A DNA stretch of 57,960 nucleotides from a virus (Duplodnaviria > Caudoviricetes): positions 1 to 57,960 of IMG/VR virus record IMGVR_UViG_3300037156_000027; one strand, written 5' to 3'. Below the pieces are notes generated by a model. That model saw only the letters and a list, made by a program, of their open reading frames with translations. It searched no databases and was not told the origin of the DNA. Position 1 is the first letter of the stretch. Each line of letters begins with the position of its first letter. Shown here one piece after another: positions 34,762-45,461 of this stretch. A program made the position numbers and the translations under genes.

Positions 34762-35597
34762 AGATTGCTGTCGCTATACCGTCATATTGGAATCCTGCGG
34801 GGCTAATCGCTGGCGTGAAGAATCTGCATGATCTGGCAGCGCATCCTGAGAATCTCACATTCCGCATTGGCCTAGACTTTGATGATGGGGCCGGGCATGA
34901 GGCGGTTAAACATCTTGGGTTTGCCAAAGTAGAGGTTGTCGATTTCCCTCATGGTATGCCTCATTCTGAATTCTGGAACAAACTTTGTGTCCCTGATGCG
35001 GCAGATTATTATGTTCTTTATAGCGATGATGCCGTTTGCCTGACCCCACATTGGGATGTGGTTCTTGCAGAGACTGCCAACCCAATGCCGTTCTGGAATG
35101 TTGTGAATCAGCCGGGTGGTGCGCTTGCTTGCTTTGTGTCGAATGCTTGGCTAAAGACTTGCGGGTATGCGCTTCCGCCTTATTTCCCGTTCTGGTTTGG
35201 CGACACATGGATCGATGAACTGCGTGCATTTGTAACAGGCCGTCCGTCTGGGATTGTGCCGGAATTGAAGTTATATCTCCCCCAAGGGAAGACAACGGGC
35301 ATGAAGGATTTGGATTACTGGTGGGGGTTCTTCAATGCCACGCGCCCGCTACGAATTCAAAAAGCATGGAAGATATTCAATGGGCTGCCTCTGGCAGAAG
35401 AAAGCTTTATGAGGCGGTGTGCTAAATTGTCAGAACCCATGCGAATGCGTGATGCTTATTATCGTGCAAGAATAACCGATCTTGAGGCTGGCAATACCGA
35501 GCCGGGCGAAGCCAAACTTGAGCGGCATCGCAAATGTCGTGCGCTTGCTGATGCGCTGATGCAAGAGAATGGCTTGGAATTGTGGGGCGATATATGA
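34758..35597 (+). CDS. Second glycosyltransferase-like protein
   Basis: IAVAIPS, GLDFDD, YSDDA....HWD, WFGDTW. Confidence 0.65.
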   Translation: MKIAVAIPSYWNPAGLIAGVKNLHDLAAHPENLTFRIGLDFDDGAGHEAVKHLGFAKVEVVDFPHGMPHSEFWNKLCVPDAADYYVLYSDDAVCLTPHWDVVLAETANPMPFWNVVNQPGGALACFVSNAWLKTCGYALPPYFPFWFGDTWIDELRAFVTGRPSGIVPELKLYLPQGKTTGMKDLDYWWGFFNATRPLRIQKAWKIFNGLPLAEESFMRRCAKLSEPMRMRDAYYRARITDLEAGNTEPGEAKLERHRKCRALADALMQENGLELWGDI

Positions 35598-35912
35598 ATG
35601 ATAATGGAGATAAAGTGATTAATTTTCCAGCCAGATGGCCTGCACCGAATGATGGACTTCAGATCAACATCGTACATGATGTTGAACAGAAGAAAGTAGG
35701 CATTGTTGTATCTGGATTTTCCAGCGTTGAGGCTGCGATTAAATTCCTAGAGGATGATTAATTAGAGGTTGACTTCCTTTTATTTTTGTGTTCTTATGCG
35801 AAACATGCCCCGATAGTGGGGCTATGGATAGAGTGCCCAAAGGCATTCGTTTTAACTCCAAAATGCTTGCGATACAGCAGGAATTTCGTCCAACTCAATT
35901 GGAGAATTCCCT

Positions 35913-36482
35913 TTGTCGCACAATCACCATGATGAAAAAATTGCCAAGCGTTCTGATGATGGACGCGGCTCTCGCCTGTCAGAAGAACGGGCTGTCACCG
36001 AAAATCGTGAAGCGTCCGATGCCGATAGGTTGGCTGAAAAGCTGTCCATCCTGCGCGATGTGAACACGAAGTTACCAACTCCGCCCTCTATCCCCGGCTA
36101 TCATATGTGCTGGTTGACGACAAACAACCAGTCTGATCCTTTGGAGCATCGTTTCCGTTTAGGATATGAGCTTGTTAAGCCGGAAGAATTGCCTGGCTTT
36201 CAAATGCAGACCCAGCAATCGGGGACAGTTGCCACCGATAGGATCGCCATTAATGAAATGGTTCTCGCAAAGATCGACACCCCCACATACCTCGCCTACA
36301 TGAAGCACCTTCACCATGATGTACCTCTTGAGCAAATGGACTCCTTGAGGAACTCCGTTGAAATTACTCAGGATGGTCGTGGTCGGAATGTCGCCTACAC
36401 TGGCGGGGAATTCGTCAACGGCAAATCTGATGGCTACCAGCGCGGGACATCTCGCGCTCCTTCTTTCGTGGGTATTTCGTAA
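35913..36482 (+). CDS. Head-region hypothetical protein
   Basis: P..IPGYHMCW...GYELVKPEE; upstream of capsid genes. Confidence 0.7.
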   Translation: MSHNHHDEKIAKRSDDGRGSRLSEERAVTENREASDADRLAEKLSILRDVNTKLPTPPSIPGYHMCWLTTNNQSDPLEHRFRLGYELVKPEELPGFQMQTQQSGTVATDRIAINEMVLAKIDTPTYLAYMKHLHHDVPLEQMDSLRNSVEITQDGRGRNVAYTGGEFVNGKSDGYQRGTSRAPSFVGIS

Positions 36483-36500
36483 CTTTTTTGGAGATAAACG

Positions 36501-37079
36501 ATGTCAGCAACTTCGCAGCCCTTTGGATTAATTCCCTCTTATGCGCCGGGTCATTTCGCGCAGGCTCGTCGTTATGACAACGGCATTGCCTCCGGTTATG
36601 CGAGTGGCATCTTGCAGTATCAGCCGGTAGCCCTGAATTCCAGTGGCAAGATTGTTGCCGCGACCACGGCTTCTGATTTCCTTGGGTCTTTTGCTGGTGT
36701 GACCTATTTCGATGCGTCCGGCATCCCCCACACTCAAAATCAGTGGATCTCTGGAACTGTTATTCAGGCTGGACAGCCTCTTTGGGTCTGGGTTTATGAT
36801 GGTCCAACTATGGAATATATGATTCAGTGTGATGGATCTCTGGCTCAAAGTAATGGCGGTCAACTTGATCTTACAGCGGCAAATATCGCTGCTGGTTCGA
36901 CCGTTACTGGGCTATCGACCGCGACCGCACAGGCTTCGTCTCTGACAACGAGCGGTCAGGCACAACTTCGTATCACGGAACTTGATCTGTCTATCGGCAA
37001 CGCATGGGGTGATGCCTACACAATCGTTAAGGTTCAGATTGCTCGTCATCAACTGGTTGCGAATAAAGTCGCTGTATAA
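36501..37079 (+). CDS. Head decoration/cement-like protein
   Basis: PFGLIP..., beta-rich; directly upstream of MCP. Confidence 0.65.
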   Translation: MSATSQPFGLIPSYAPGHFAQARRYDNGIASGYASGILQYQPVALNSSGKIVAATTASDFLGSFAGVTYFDASGIPHTQNQWISGTVIQAGQPLWVWVYDGPTMEYMIQCDGSLAQSNGGQLDLTAANIAAGSTVTGLSTATAQASSLTTSGQAQLRITELDLSIGNAWGDAYTIVKVQIARHQLVANKVAV

Positions 37080-37105
37080 ATAATTATAACTGAGGGAGAA
37101 ACTCC

Positions 37106-38026
37106 ATGGCCGTCAATATTATGCGCAACACCAACTTCCGCGCTGTCGTTGAGCCGATTCTCAACGAAGTGTTCGATGGTGTCTATGACCAGCGGAAGGA
37201 TGAATTCCTCCAATGCTTCAAGGTCAGGACTGGTATTCCCCGCGACCGTCACGAAGAGCCCATGCTGTCTGGTTTCGGCCCCGCGCCGGAGTTGCCAGAA
37301 GGCATGCCTGTCACATATCAAGCTGGCGGCACTCTGTGGCTGAAAGAATATTTCTACAAGCGTTACGGTCTGGCCTTTGCCCTGACCTCGACCTTGGTTG
37401 ACGACGGCGATCATATCCGCATCGGTGCTACATATTCCGAGCATTTGGCTCAATCTCTGATCGAAACCAAGGAATTGCTCTGCGCCAACGTCCTGAATAA
37501 TGCGTTCAACAGCGCGTATCCTGGGGGTGACGGTGTTTCGCTCATCAACTCCGCGCATCCGTTGGCGGTCGGTACGGCATCCAATACGATCGCAGCTTCT
37601 GCGCTTTCGCAAACGTCTGCCGAGCAGATGCTTATCCAAATCCGTAGCAATGGCGTGGATAACAATCAGAAGAAAATCCATCTTGACCCTGCCGCACTGA
37701 TTGTTCCGCCTGCTCTTGAGTTTCAGGGGGAAGTGATCTGTAAGTCCATTCTTCGCAGTGGCACGGCCAACAATGATCTGAACGCGATTAAATCGCGCGG
37801 CTACCTGAATAAGGGCGTTGCGGTTATCACGCGCCTGACAAGCTCAACGAATTGGTTTGTCCATATCGACAACATTCCGAAGGGTCTGTCGTTGATTATG
37901 CGTAAGCCTCTCGAAAAGAGCATGGAAGGCGACTTTGAAACAGACTCATGGCGCTACAAGGCTATCGAGCGTTATGACGTTGGATTTACGGATTTCCGTG
38001 GGGCTTTTGGGAATTCTGGACAATGA
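37106..38026 (+). CDS. Major capsid protein
   Basis: EEPMLSGFGPAP..PEG, LAFALT, ANVLNNAF...GGDGVSL.NSAHP, LIVPPALEF, DFETDSWRYKAIERY. Confidence 0.9.
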   Translation: MAVNIMRNTNFRAVVEPILNEVFDGVYDQRKDEFLQCFKVRTGIPRDRHEEPMLSGFGPAPELPEGMPVTYQAGGTLWLKEYFYKRYGLAFALTSTLVDDGDHIRIGATYSEHLAQSLIETKELLCANVLNNAFNSAYPGGDGVSLINSAHPLAVGTASNTIAASALSQTSAEQMLIQIRSNGVDNNQKKIHLDPAALIVPPALEFQGEVICKSILRSGTANNDLNAIKSRGYLNKGVAVITRLTSSTNWFVHIDNIPKGLSLIMRKPLEKSMEGDFETDSWRYKAIERYDVGFTDFRGAFGNSGQ

Positions 38027-38072
38027 AATGCTTCGCGTGAGTCAGTAAAACGCATCAAATGGAGTACCTAAA

Positions 38073-38807
38073 ATGCCTTTAGAAGATGACATCTACCTCG
38101 GAACCGGCTCCACTGGCACAGGCGCGGCAGGTTATCCTGTCGGTGCAGCCAATGTCGGCGTTGGCCCCACGGGTCGCATCTATGTGTATGACATCGTTCC
38201 TCTGGTGTTATCCGCAACCAATCTGGCTACCTCGCAATCTCCAGGAACTTCAACGGCACCATTGACGCTGACGAAGGGTACGGGGATTACGGCGGCGACA
38301 ACCAATAGTCAAAGCGTTCTTCGCTTGGATGTTCCGCGCAATCTGCGCTTTACGTCCGGTGGTAATGATACAGGCATCACGTTTAATGTTGCTGGCTACG
38401 ACCAATATGGTCAGGCGATGTCTGAAAATGTGACGGGTGCAAGCGGCGGAGTCGCAGCTGCTGTCAAGGCTTGGTACGACATTTTCTCGATTACGCCGAG
38501 CGGCACGACTTCCACGACGATCACTGTTGGCACTGGTGATGTGTTCGGTATGCCGATTGCGGTTCCCAATAAGGCCTATGTATCCTCTGTTGGCTGGGCG
38601 AATGAGCTTATCAAGGATACTGGCACGTTCACGACGGCTGTCGTTACAACGGCAACCGCGACGACCGGCGATGTCCGTGGCACGTTTGCTCCGCAAGCGA
38701 ATGCTTCGGATGGTGCGCGGAGGCTTGTCGTAAGCATTCTTCTCTCTTCGGCACAAGCGGGATCGGCTGCAACCCGCGCCGCAACTCTTGGCGTGACACA
38801 GGCGTAA
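38073..38807 (+). CDS. Structural protein, paralogue A
   Basis: Thr/Gly-rich; colinear similarity to 38817..39545. Confidence 0.75.
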   Translation: MPLEDDIYLGTGSTGTGAAGYPVGAANVGVGPTGRIYVYDIVPLVLSATNLATSQSPGTSTAPLTLTKGTGITAATTNSQSVLRLDVPRNLRFTSGGNDTGITFNVAGYDQYGQAMSENVTGASGGVAAAVKAWYDIFSITPSGTTSTTITVGTGDVFGMPIAVPNKAYVSSVGWANELIKDTGTFTTAVVTTATATTGDVRGTFAPQANASDGARRLVVSILLSSAQAGSAATRAATLGVTQA

Positions 38808-38816
38808 GGTGAAATA

Positions 38817-39545
38817 ATGACTCATCATTCTGATAATCTGCATATTGGCCCGGCTCAAACTAACATTGGCTCAGCAAGTGTTGCTGGTGGGTTTGGGTTT
38901 GGCCCCATCGCCAGAACGTATGTTTACGATATTGTTCCTCTGACCCTTAACGCATCTGGATTTGCTGCTTCTCAAAGCCCCGGCACTGCGGCTCTGACGC
39001 TTACTGCTGGAACCGGTGTTACTGCGGTTGTTGATGCCTTGGGCGTAACGCGTTATACGGCTGATGTGCCTCGCGCAGTTACTGTTACGAGTGGCGGCAA
39101 TGACACTGGGATTACCTTTCTGATTAGCGGGTATGATTTCTATAATGTCAAAATGACGCAAAAGCTGACTGGCGCAAGCGGCGCAGCGGCTACGACCACC
39201 AAGGCATTCAAGAGCGTTACGGGCATCGTTCCAAGCGGCTCAATCTCCACCACGGTGACGGCTGGCACGGCTGATGTATTTGGCCTTCCTGTGGCGGTTC
39301 TGGACGCCGGATATGTGACTCATGCGGCATGGAATAACGCACTGACGGCTGATGCTGGCACGTTTGTCGCTGGCGTAACGACAAGCCCTGCCACTAATCT
39401 GACGGGCGACACTCGCGGGACTTATCTTCCCTCGACTGGCGCATCGGATGGCACAAAGAGGCTTGTTCTGACGATTGCCTTGTCGGACGTAAATATCGGG
39501 GCAACTCAAACTCTCAAGGGCGTCGTCGGCGTTCCACAAGTTTAA
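38817..39545 (+). CDS. Structural protein, paralogue B
   Basis: Shares YVYDIVPL, SQSPGT, DVPR, TSGGNDTGITF, DVFG, TGDxRGT, ASDG with paralogue A. Confidence 0.75.
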   Translation: MTHHSDNLHIGPAQTNIGSASVAGGFGFGPIARTYVYDIVPLTLNASGFAASQSPGTAALTLTAGTGVTAVVDALGVTRYTADVPRAVTVTSGGNDTGITFLISGYDFYNVKMTQKLTGASGAAATTTKAFKSVTGIVPSGSISTTVTAGTADVFGLPVAVLDAGYVTHAAWNNALTADAGTFVAGVTTSPATNLTGDTRGTYLPSTGASDGTKRLVLTIALSDVNIGATQTLKGVVGVPQV

Positions 39546-39561
39546 ATAAAGGGGTAAGACA

Positions 39562-39900
39562 ATGGCAATTATCAAAGGACACGGTTTTCATCCCAAAAAT
39601 GGATTCACCGGCTCGGCAAATCCTGGTGCCAGCATGGCTCCTGCTATTCCTGGCTTCAAGCGTGGCGGCATGGAGCATGAAAGCGCGGCCGAAGAGCGCA
39701 GAGAAGAAACCGGTCATCACACCCGCACCAAGCTCGGCAAGACCGATGCACGGGATCATTTTGGTGAACACAAGCACGTTGACCATGACGGTGAAATGCA
39801 CCAGAGCCATGCTGCCTATGACGAGCATGGGTTTCAGCATCTCGCCCACGGCGGGAAGTCTGCCAAGCATCATGCGAAGAAGCATGAGGGCAAGGAGTAA
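39562..39900 (+). CDS. His-rich protein with xKxGG/xAxGG motifs
   Basis: FKRGG, LAHGG; many His residues. Confidence 0.7.
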   Translation: MAIIKGHGFHPKNGFTGSANPGASMAPAIPGFKRGGMEHESAAEERREETGHHTRTKLGKTDARDHFGEHKHVDHDGEMHQSHAAYDEHGFQHLAHGGKSAKHHAKKHEGKE

Positions 39901-39931
39901 TGTGCCGAAGCTCGTCAGAAACAGGTGATTT

Positions 39932-41035
39932 ATGGCGGCTTCAACATCAGGAACGGTCGGCGTACAAACCCTAGACGTAATATCTCTCATCACAATTGCC
40001 GTGCGCCGTTGCGGTCGTCTGCCCGGCTCATTGAATGCAGAAGACCTCGACACCGCGAAAAACGCCATATTCGTAGGGCTGGCTGCTCTCGTTAATCAGG
40101 GAATCCCGCTTTGGACGATTGAGAAGATTGTCCTCGGACTGAACCTCAACCAGTATCTGCTCCCATTTCCCTCTGGCACGATTGATGTCAGGAACGTCCT
40201 CTATCGTCAGAACGTGCTTCCATCTGGCGGCACTCCAGCATCAAGCGCAGGCGGCGCAGCGGCAAACGCCTTCGATGGGATCGGGACAAATCCCTGCATC
40301 CAAACTGCTCCGAATGGCAATATATCATACAATTTCGGGCAGAAATTGGTGATCCCGTTCGTGGGATTCCTCAATAACTCGACGGAAACGCTGTCACCTG
40401 TCTGGGAATGGTCGAACGACAACGCGACATGGACGCAACTGGCTGTCGGCTCAAACGCTGGCGGTCAAACTGGCTCATTCGGCTCTCAGCCCTATGTCGC
40501 CGGTCAATGGTACTGGCAGGATGTAACGCAGCCCGTTACAGCGCAGTATTATCGCCTCCGTGAGACAGGCGGCGGTACGCTGAATGTGCTTCAGGTGGTG
40601 TTCGGACAACCCGCGCCGGAGATCAGCATTGCGCGGTCGAATGCCGATGATTACCAGAATTTGCCGTACAAGAACCAGCAGGGCGGTTCAGGCCGCCCAC
40701 TGCAATACTGGTTTGATCGGCAGATCGTGCCGCAGGCGTGGTTATGGCCTTCGAGCGGTTTCCTGTTTAATACACTCGTCTGCTACTGTAGGCGCATGAT
40801 TCAGGATGTGGGCGGATACACGAATATAATTGAGTGCCCACAACGTGCATATGATATGGTAATAGCCGATCTTGCTTGTCGTCTGTCATATGAGTTGCAG
40901 GGAGTTCAGCCAGCACGGATTCAAGTATTGGAAATGAAAGCGGCGCAAACAATGAAGCAGTTCTGGGCAGAAGAGAGAGATGCATCGCCTTTCCTAATAT
41001 CGCCATCGATTGGCTGCTATACTCGTGGACGCTGA
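39932..41035 (+). CDS. Head-tail adaptor/tubular protein with inserted discoidin-like domain
   Basis: NQGIPLWTI, YQNLPYK..GRPLQYWFDR flanking ANAFDG...WEWSNDNATWT...AQYYRL. Confidence 0.65.
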   Translation: MAASTSGTVGVQTLDVISLITIAVRRCGRLPGSLNAEDLDTAKNAIFVGLAALVNQGIPLWTIEKIVLGLNLNQYLLPFPSGTIDVRNVLYRQNVLPSGGTPASSAGGAAANAFDGIGTNPCIQTAPNGNISYNFGQKLVIPFVGFLNNSTETLSPVWEWSNDNATWTQLAVGSNAGGQTGSFGSQPYVAGQWYWQDVTQPVTAQYYRLRETGGGTLNVLQVVFGQPAPEISIARSNADDYQNLPYKNQQGGSGRPLQYWFDRQIVPQAWLWPSSGFLFNTLVCYCRRMIQDVGGYTNIIECPQRAYDMVIADLACRLSYELQGVQPARIQVLEMKAAQTMKQFWAEERDASPFLISPSIGCYTRGR

Positions 41036-41071
41036 CATGAGAAAGAATGGAAAAATCATTTCGGTGAAATC

Positions 41072-41743
41072 ATGCCGTTCCAATTAAGTTACACAAGTCT
41101 TGTTCAGACTCTTCAGAACTATTTGCAGCGCAATGATGCGCTTGTGATAAACCAAATCCCCCAATTCATAGAATTGGCGCAACAGAGGATCGTCCGCGAA
41201 CTTAAAATTTTGGGAACAAGAACCGAAGTGACTGGCACATTCGACGGCACCACCCAATCCACCGGCATCATGGCTAAGCCTTCCGATTGGCGCAAGACCA
41301 TCTCTTTCTATGTGGGTACAGGCGCAGGAAATAACACGCACACGCCAATCTATGAGCGCACATATGAATTTATTCGCACGGTTTATCCTGATCCTACTGT
41401 GCAGGGAACGCCTCGTTATTACGGTGATGCGGATTGGAATCATTGGCTGGTTCAGCCTTCTCCTGCTTCGGGATTGCCTTTCAAGATACCGTATTACGGG
41501 ACGCTAGTATTCCTTGACGCTACTACCTCAACGAACTGGCTGACCGTAAATGCGCCAGACTTGTTGTTGTATGCCTGTTTGATGGAAGCGATTCCGTTCC
41601 TGAAGACGGATGAGCGAATTCCTGTGTGGCAAGGGATGTACCAAAATGCTAAACTGGCCTTGCAAGCGCAGGAGCTTGAGGGATTGTATGATTCACAACA
41701 GATTGCAGCACTTCCAGAGCCACAGCCTGCGCCGGGGAGATAA
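41072..41743 (+). CDS. Adaptor/tail tubular A-like protein
   Basis: IPQFIELAQQRI, GTPRYY, TNWL..NAPDLLLYACLMEA.PFLK. Confidence 0.75.
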   Translation: MPFQLSYTSLVQTLQNYLQRNDALVINQIPQFIELAQQRIVRELKILGTRTEVTGTFDGTTQSTGIMAKPSDWRKTISFYVGTGAGNNTHTPIYERTYEFIRTVYPDPTVQGTPRYYGDADWNHWLVQPSPASGLPFKIPYYGTLVFLDATTSTNWLTVNAPDLLLYACLMEAIPFLKTDERIPVWQGMYQNAKLALQAQELEGLYDSQQIAALPEPQPAPGR

Positions 41744-41746
41744 GAG

Positions 41747-43852
41747 ATGACAAGTTCCTTTACGGATACCTTTGGCGGGAGTGCCGTCAATCCTTCAGAT
41801 GTTGCGTATGCCGCCTATTCTTTTGGCGCGGCGACCTCTCTTGTGTGGCCTTCCTTCTCAGCCGGGAATACGAATGTTGCTGCACGGTTTATGAGCATAA
41901 CTGCTACCGTTTCAAACATAAATATCTCGATGCCGGATGCGACGCTCAATAGCGTTGGTTATGATGCAATTATATTCAATGCCGGTTCGGACAGTTTCAA
42001 TGTCGTTGATTTTAATGGCGGCGCGATTGCTACGATCACGACAGGACAAACATATTATCTGATGCTGACCAGTAATGCCACGCAAGCCGGAACATGGCAG
42101 ACGATTCAGTTCGGTGTCGGGACTGGCTCGGCAAACGCTTCGGCTCTCGCGGGCTATGGATTGCTTGCCGTCGCAGGAGTGCTGGACGTTAATTTTGTCG
42201 TTAATCCCTTTACCGGAAACTTCAATCTGCCTTCGACGGGTCGGGCGCAGCTTTATAACAACACCGGCGGATCAAACACGATCACGCTTCCTGCTGCGGC
42301 GACTGTCGGCAATGGCTTCTTCTTTATGCTGGCGAACAACGGTTCTGGGGATGTTACTGTTGCTCCAATCGGGGGAAGCACGATTGACCTGAATTCGACA
42401 TCGACGTTCCACCCGACGCAATCAGGTTTTATTATTTCTGACGGCTCGAATTGGGAAACTGTCGGCAAGGGTATCGAGAATACGTTTGCCGTGACGCTTA
42501 TAAACTTGAATGTTGCTGGTGGCGTTGATGTTACCGAAACATCCGCGCAGGCTCAAAACCTCATTCAGCAATATACGGGTGTTCTGACTGGGAATATCAA
42601 CGTCATTATGCCGACCACGGTTCAGCTTTATTTCTGCAATAATCTCACGACAGGCGCACACACCCTGACTGTAAAGACGGCGGCGGGGACGGGTATTCTT
42701 GTGCCGCAAACGTCGTCTCTTATTCTGTATTGCGATGGGACAAATATCGTCAATGGATTCACTGCTACGATCACAAGCAACCTGTCTTTGCTCGCTGGAT
42801 CAGCGACAACGCCGAGTTTGAGTTTCTCGGCATCTACCAGCACGGGGATATTTGCGCCAGTTACGGGGGACTTGTCTGTTGCATGTATTGGCACGGAAGT
42901 AATTAGATTCTCCGCTCAGGCTGTTGCGGTAAATTATTTTGGTGCTGTGGCATCGGCATCGGCGGCGGCTCTGGCCTTGGGGGCGGTTGGCACGGATACA
43001 AACATCAGCATAAATATCGTTCCTAAGGGGACAGGCACAGTGACCTGTGGCTATCTAGATGGGACGATCATAGGATCGAATACGGCGGCTGCTGGCACGT
43101 TCACGACATTGGCAAGCGCAGCGCATACAATTACATCTTCATCGGCAACGGCTTTCACGGTTGGCGCGAATGGGGCAACCAATCCCGTTCTGGCAGTGAA
43201 TGCTAATACGGGGACTGTCAAGACTGGTCTGAGTATAACGGGAGCGGCGACGGGCGGCACAACCGCCTTGGCTGTCACTGATAGCGGATCAAATGCCAAC
43301 CTGACGATTGATGCCAAAGGGTCGGGCACTATCGGCATCGGCAGCGTCAGCACTGGGGAGGTTACGATCACGCCTGCGACGATACTAAGCTCAACATTGG
43401 CTGTAACTGGACACACGACATTTGAGGGTGTGACATCCACGGGTGCTACGGGGACGGGAAAGCTTGTTTATGATACCTCTCCGACCATTGCTGGTTATGC
43501 TCAATTGGCGGTAGCTCAATCTTTCACGGCATCACAGGGTGCGACGCCTGTTGTTTTGACGAGTTCCAGCAACTCGACTGCTATAAATTTTTCCTTGAGC
43601 AATAATTTCTCTGCCACCCTGAGTGAGAATACAACATTCGCCAATCCATCTAATATCGTGGCGGGAAAAGTCTATAACATCGCTATTGTGAATGGCGCGG
43701 GGCCATACACCGTGGCCTATGGTTCGTATTTCAAATTTCCTGGCGGCACGGTTCCATCGGTCACAGCGACGAACGGCGCGAGTGATATTCTGGTTTGTTA
43801 TGCGCGGACGACTACTTTCCTCGAAACCGTTATGATTAAAGGATTCGCGTAA
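41747..43852 (+). CDS. Tail fibre protein
   Basis: 701 aa Thr/Gly/Ala-rich; fibre motifs such as ITLPAAATVGNGF, GSATTPSLSF, IGSNTAAAGTFT. Confidence 0.8.
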   Translation: MTSSFTDTFGGSAVNPSDVAYAAYSFGAATSLVWPSFSAGNTNVAARFMSITATVSNINISMPDATLNSVGYDAIIFNAGSDSFNVVDFNGGAIATITTGQTYYLMLTSNATQAGTWQTIQFGVGTGSANASALAGYGLLAVAGVLDVNFVVNPFTGNFNLPSTGRAQLYNNTGGSNTITLPAAATVGNGFFFMLANNGSGDVTVAPIGGSTIDLNSTSTFHPTQSGFIISDGSNWETVGKGIENTFAVTLINLNVAGGVDVTETSAQAQNLIQQYTGVLTGNINVIMPTTVQLYFCNNLTTGAHTLTVKTAAGTGILVPQTSSLILYCDGTNIVNGFTATITSNLSLLAGSATTPSLSFSASTSTGIFAPVTGDLSVACIGTEVIRFSAQAVAVNYFGAVASASAAALALGAVGTDTNISINIVPKGTGTVTCGYLDGTIIGSNTAAAGTFTTLASAAHTITSSSATAFTVGANGATNPVLAVNANTGTVKTGLSITGAATGGTTALAVTDSGSNANLTIDAKGSGTIGIGSVSTGEVTITPATILSSTLAVTGHTTFEGVTSTGATGTGKLVYDTSPTIAGYAQLAVAQSFTASQGATPVVLTSSSNSTAINFSLSNNFSATLSENTTFANPSNIVAGKVYNIAIVNGAGPYTVAYGSYFKFPGGTVPSVTATNGASDILVCYARTTTFLETVMIKGFA

Positions 43853-44598
43853 TGGTGTTTTCTAATGCAATGATGATGGGGGGAAGTTTCTTGGCCAATG
43901 GCATTAGTTATTATAATGGCGGAAGCGGGAATAATTATCTATCGACGGCGGGTTTAAGTGGAGCATCGAATAGCTATACGGGATCGATGAGTCTGTGGGT
44001 TAAGTGGGGAAGCGACGGCGTTGATTATGGTATTGCTGGATTCAGAGGAAGGGGAATCCAGATAATAAGAACTGTCTCCAATGATCTTCAAGTCTATCTA
44101 TGGAACAACGCAGGGGGACAAGTCTTAGAACTTGCTTCGAGCTCTGGACAGGCTACAGGAGCTAATGTATGGCATAATATATTAGCTTCATGGAGTACAA
44201 ATTTCTCGGCGGGCAATAAAATCGGCAGACTATATCTTGATGGGGTGAACATTAATGATTCTCAGGCAGATGGGGGAGCAGCATCTCAAATTGCTTGGAG
44301 CGGAGTTACCGAATACCTCCCATCCTTTTCTTCTCCTTACAATACTAATCAGAATCTTGCTCTTTCGGAAATATGGTTGAGCACGGCGTCATACATTGAT
44401 TTTAGCAACTCAGCAAATCGTGCGCTGTTCTATAATTCAGGACATCCCGTTGATCTCGGAAGCAATGGCAGCACCCCGACCGGCAGCTCTCCCGATGTTT
44501 TTCTTAACCAGCCCTCCGCTCTTGCTGGGAATAATCAGGGAACTGGTGGGAACTTTACTATCCACGGAACATTGACCGATGTTACACCACCATCATAG
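43852..44598 (+). CDS. LamG/concanavalin-like receptor-binding protein
   Basis: SLWVK, WHNILASW, LYLDGV, GTGGNFTI.G. Confidence 0.7.
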   Translation: MVFSNAMMMGGSFLANGISYYNGGSGNNYLSTAGLSGASNSYTGSMSLWVKWGSDGVDYGIAGFRGRGIQIIRTVSNDLQVYLWNNAGGQVLELASSSGQATGANVWHNILASWSTNFSAGNKIGRLYLDGVNINDSQADGGAASQIAWSGVTEYLPSFSSPYNTNQNLALSEIWLSTASYIDFSNSANRALFYNSGHPVDLGSNGSTPTGSSPDVFLNQPSALAGNNQGTGGNFTIHGTLTDVTPPS

Positions 44599-44607
44599 GG
44601 AGACATC

Positions 44608-45186
44608 ATGTACACTGACCACACTCTCCTACCGATATACGACAACTCTCCTTACATCGCGGAAGGCGGAACGCAGTATCCGGGCAATTATCCAAAAGAT
44701 CAGATCGAGGGGCTGTTCAAAGTCACGGAAACGGCGCAACCGACAGACCCGACGTTGGTGGTGATGGGGTTCACGATTGACAGCACCCATACGCAGGTCT
44801 GGACGACGCGTGCACAGACGGAATCAGAGGTGGCGGCGACGGCGGCTCAGAACGTCATCAAGCAAGCATCGGCGGCTCTAGCGGCAGGCATGGCACTAAC
44901 CTCGACTGGCACCCCCGCACTCAACGGAACGTACAGCCTAACGCCTCAATCTGTGTCCAATGTGAACGCCACGGTGACGTATATCCTACTCAATGGGGCA
45001 TTCTTTGGCGGAAGTTCAGTAATGCCGTGGGCGGATATGTCGGGGGCGATGCACACCTTTCCAAGCATTGCCGAGTTCAAGTCATTCGCTACTGCGTTCG
45101 CCAGCCTGATCGCGCAGATTCAGCTATATGCCGATAGCGGCGGTGCTGTGGGCAGCATTCCCTCGAATCAGGTGACAATAGCGTGA
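44608..45186 (+). CDS. Tail fibre assembly-like protein
   Basis: GTQYP.NY, PWADMSG..HTF; follows fibre genes. Confidence 0.55.
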   Translation: MYTDHTLLPIYDNSPYIAEGGTQYPGNYPKDQIEGLFKVTETAQPTDPTLVVMGFTIDSTHTQVWTTRAQTESEVAATAAQNVIKQASAALAAGMALTSTGTPALNGTYSLTPQSVSNVNATVTYILLNGAFFGGSSVMPWADMSGAMHTFPSIAEFKSFATAFASLIAQIQLYADSGGAVGSIPSNQVTIA

Positions 45187-45461
45187 GCCTTCTCAAAACA
45201 TTCCTTGGAATACTGATCGCGGAGGATGAGGCGGCAAATGTTGCGCTTGGTTCAGTTGATGGCGTTTCTGCAGCAGCAAATCCGCATTATACCCTTTCTC
45301 AGCGATGGGCTTTCGAGCGCCAAAAAGGTAACAAGCAAGCCTGCGTTATATGTAAACTGCTAACTATTATCTTTAAACCATTTAATCCAAGTATTAAAAA
45401 TTATGACCATTGCTCACAAGCTATTTCTGGATTTTCAGATAACTTGCCGACGGATGGTTAA
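45183..45461 (+). CDS. Hypothetical phage protein
   Basis: AEDEAANV...TLSQR...CVICKLL...HC. Confidence 0.65.
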   Translation: MSLLKTFLGILIAEDEAANVALGSVDGVSAAANPHYTLSQRWAFERQKGNKQACVICKLLTIIFKPFNPSIKNYDHCSQAISGFSDNLPTDG

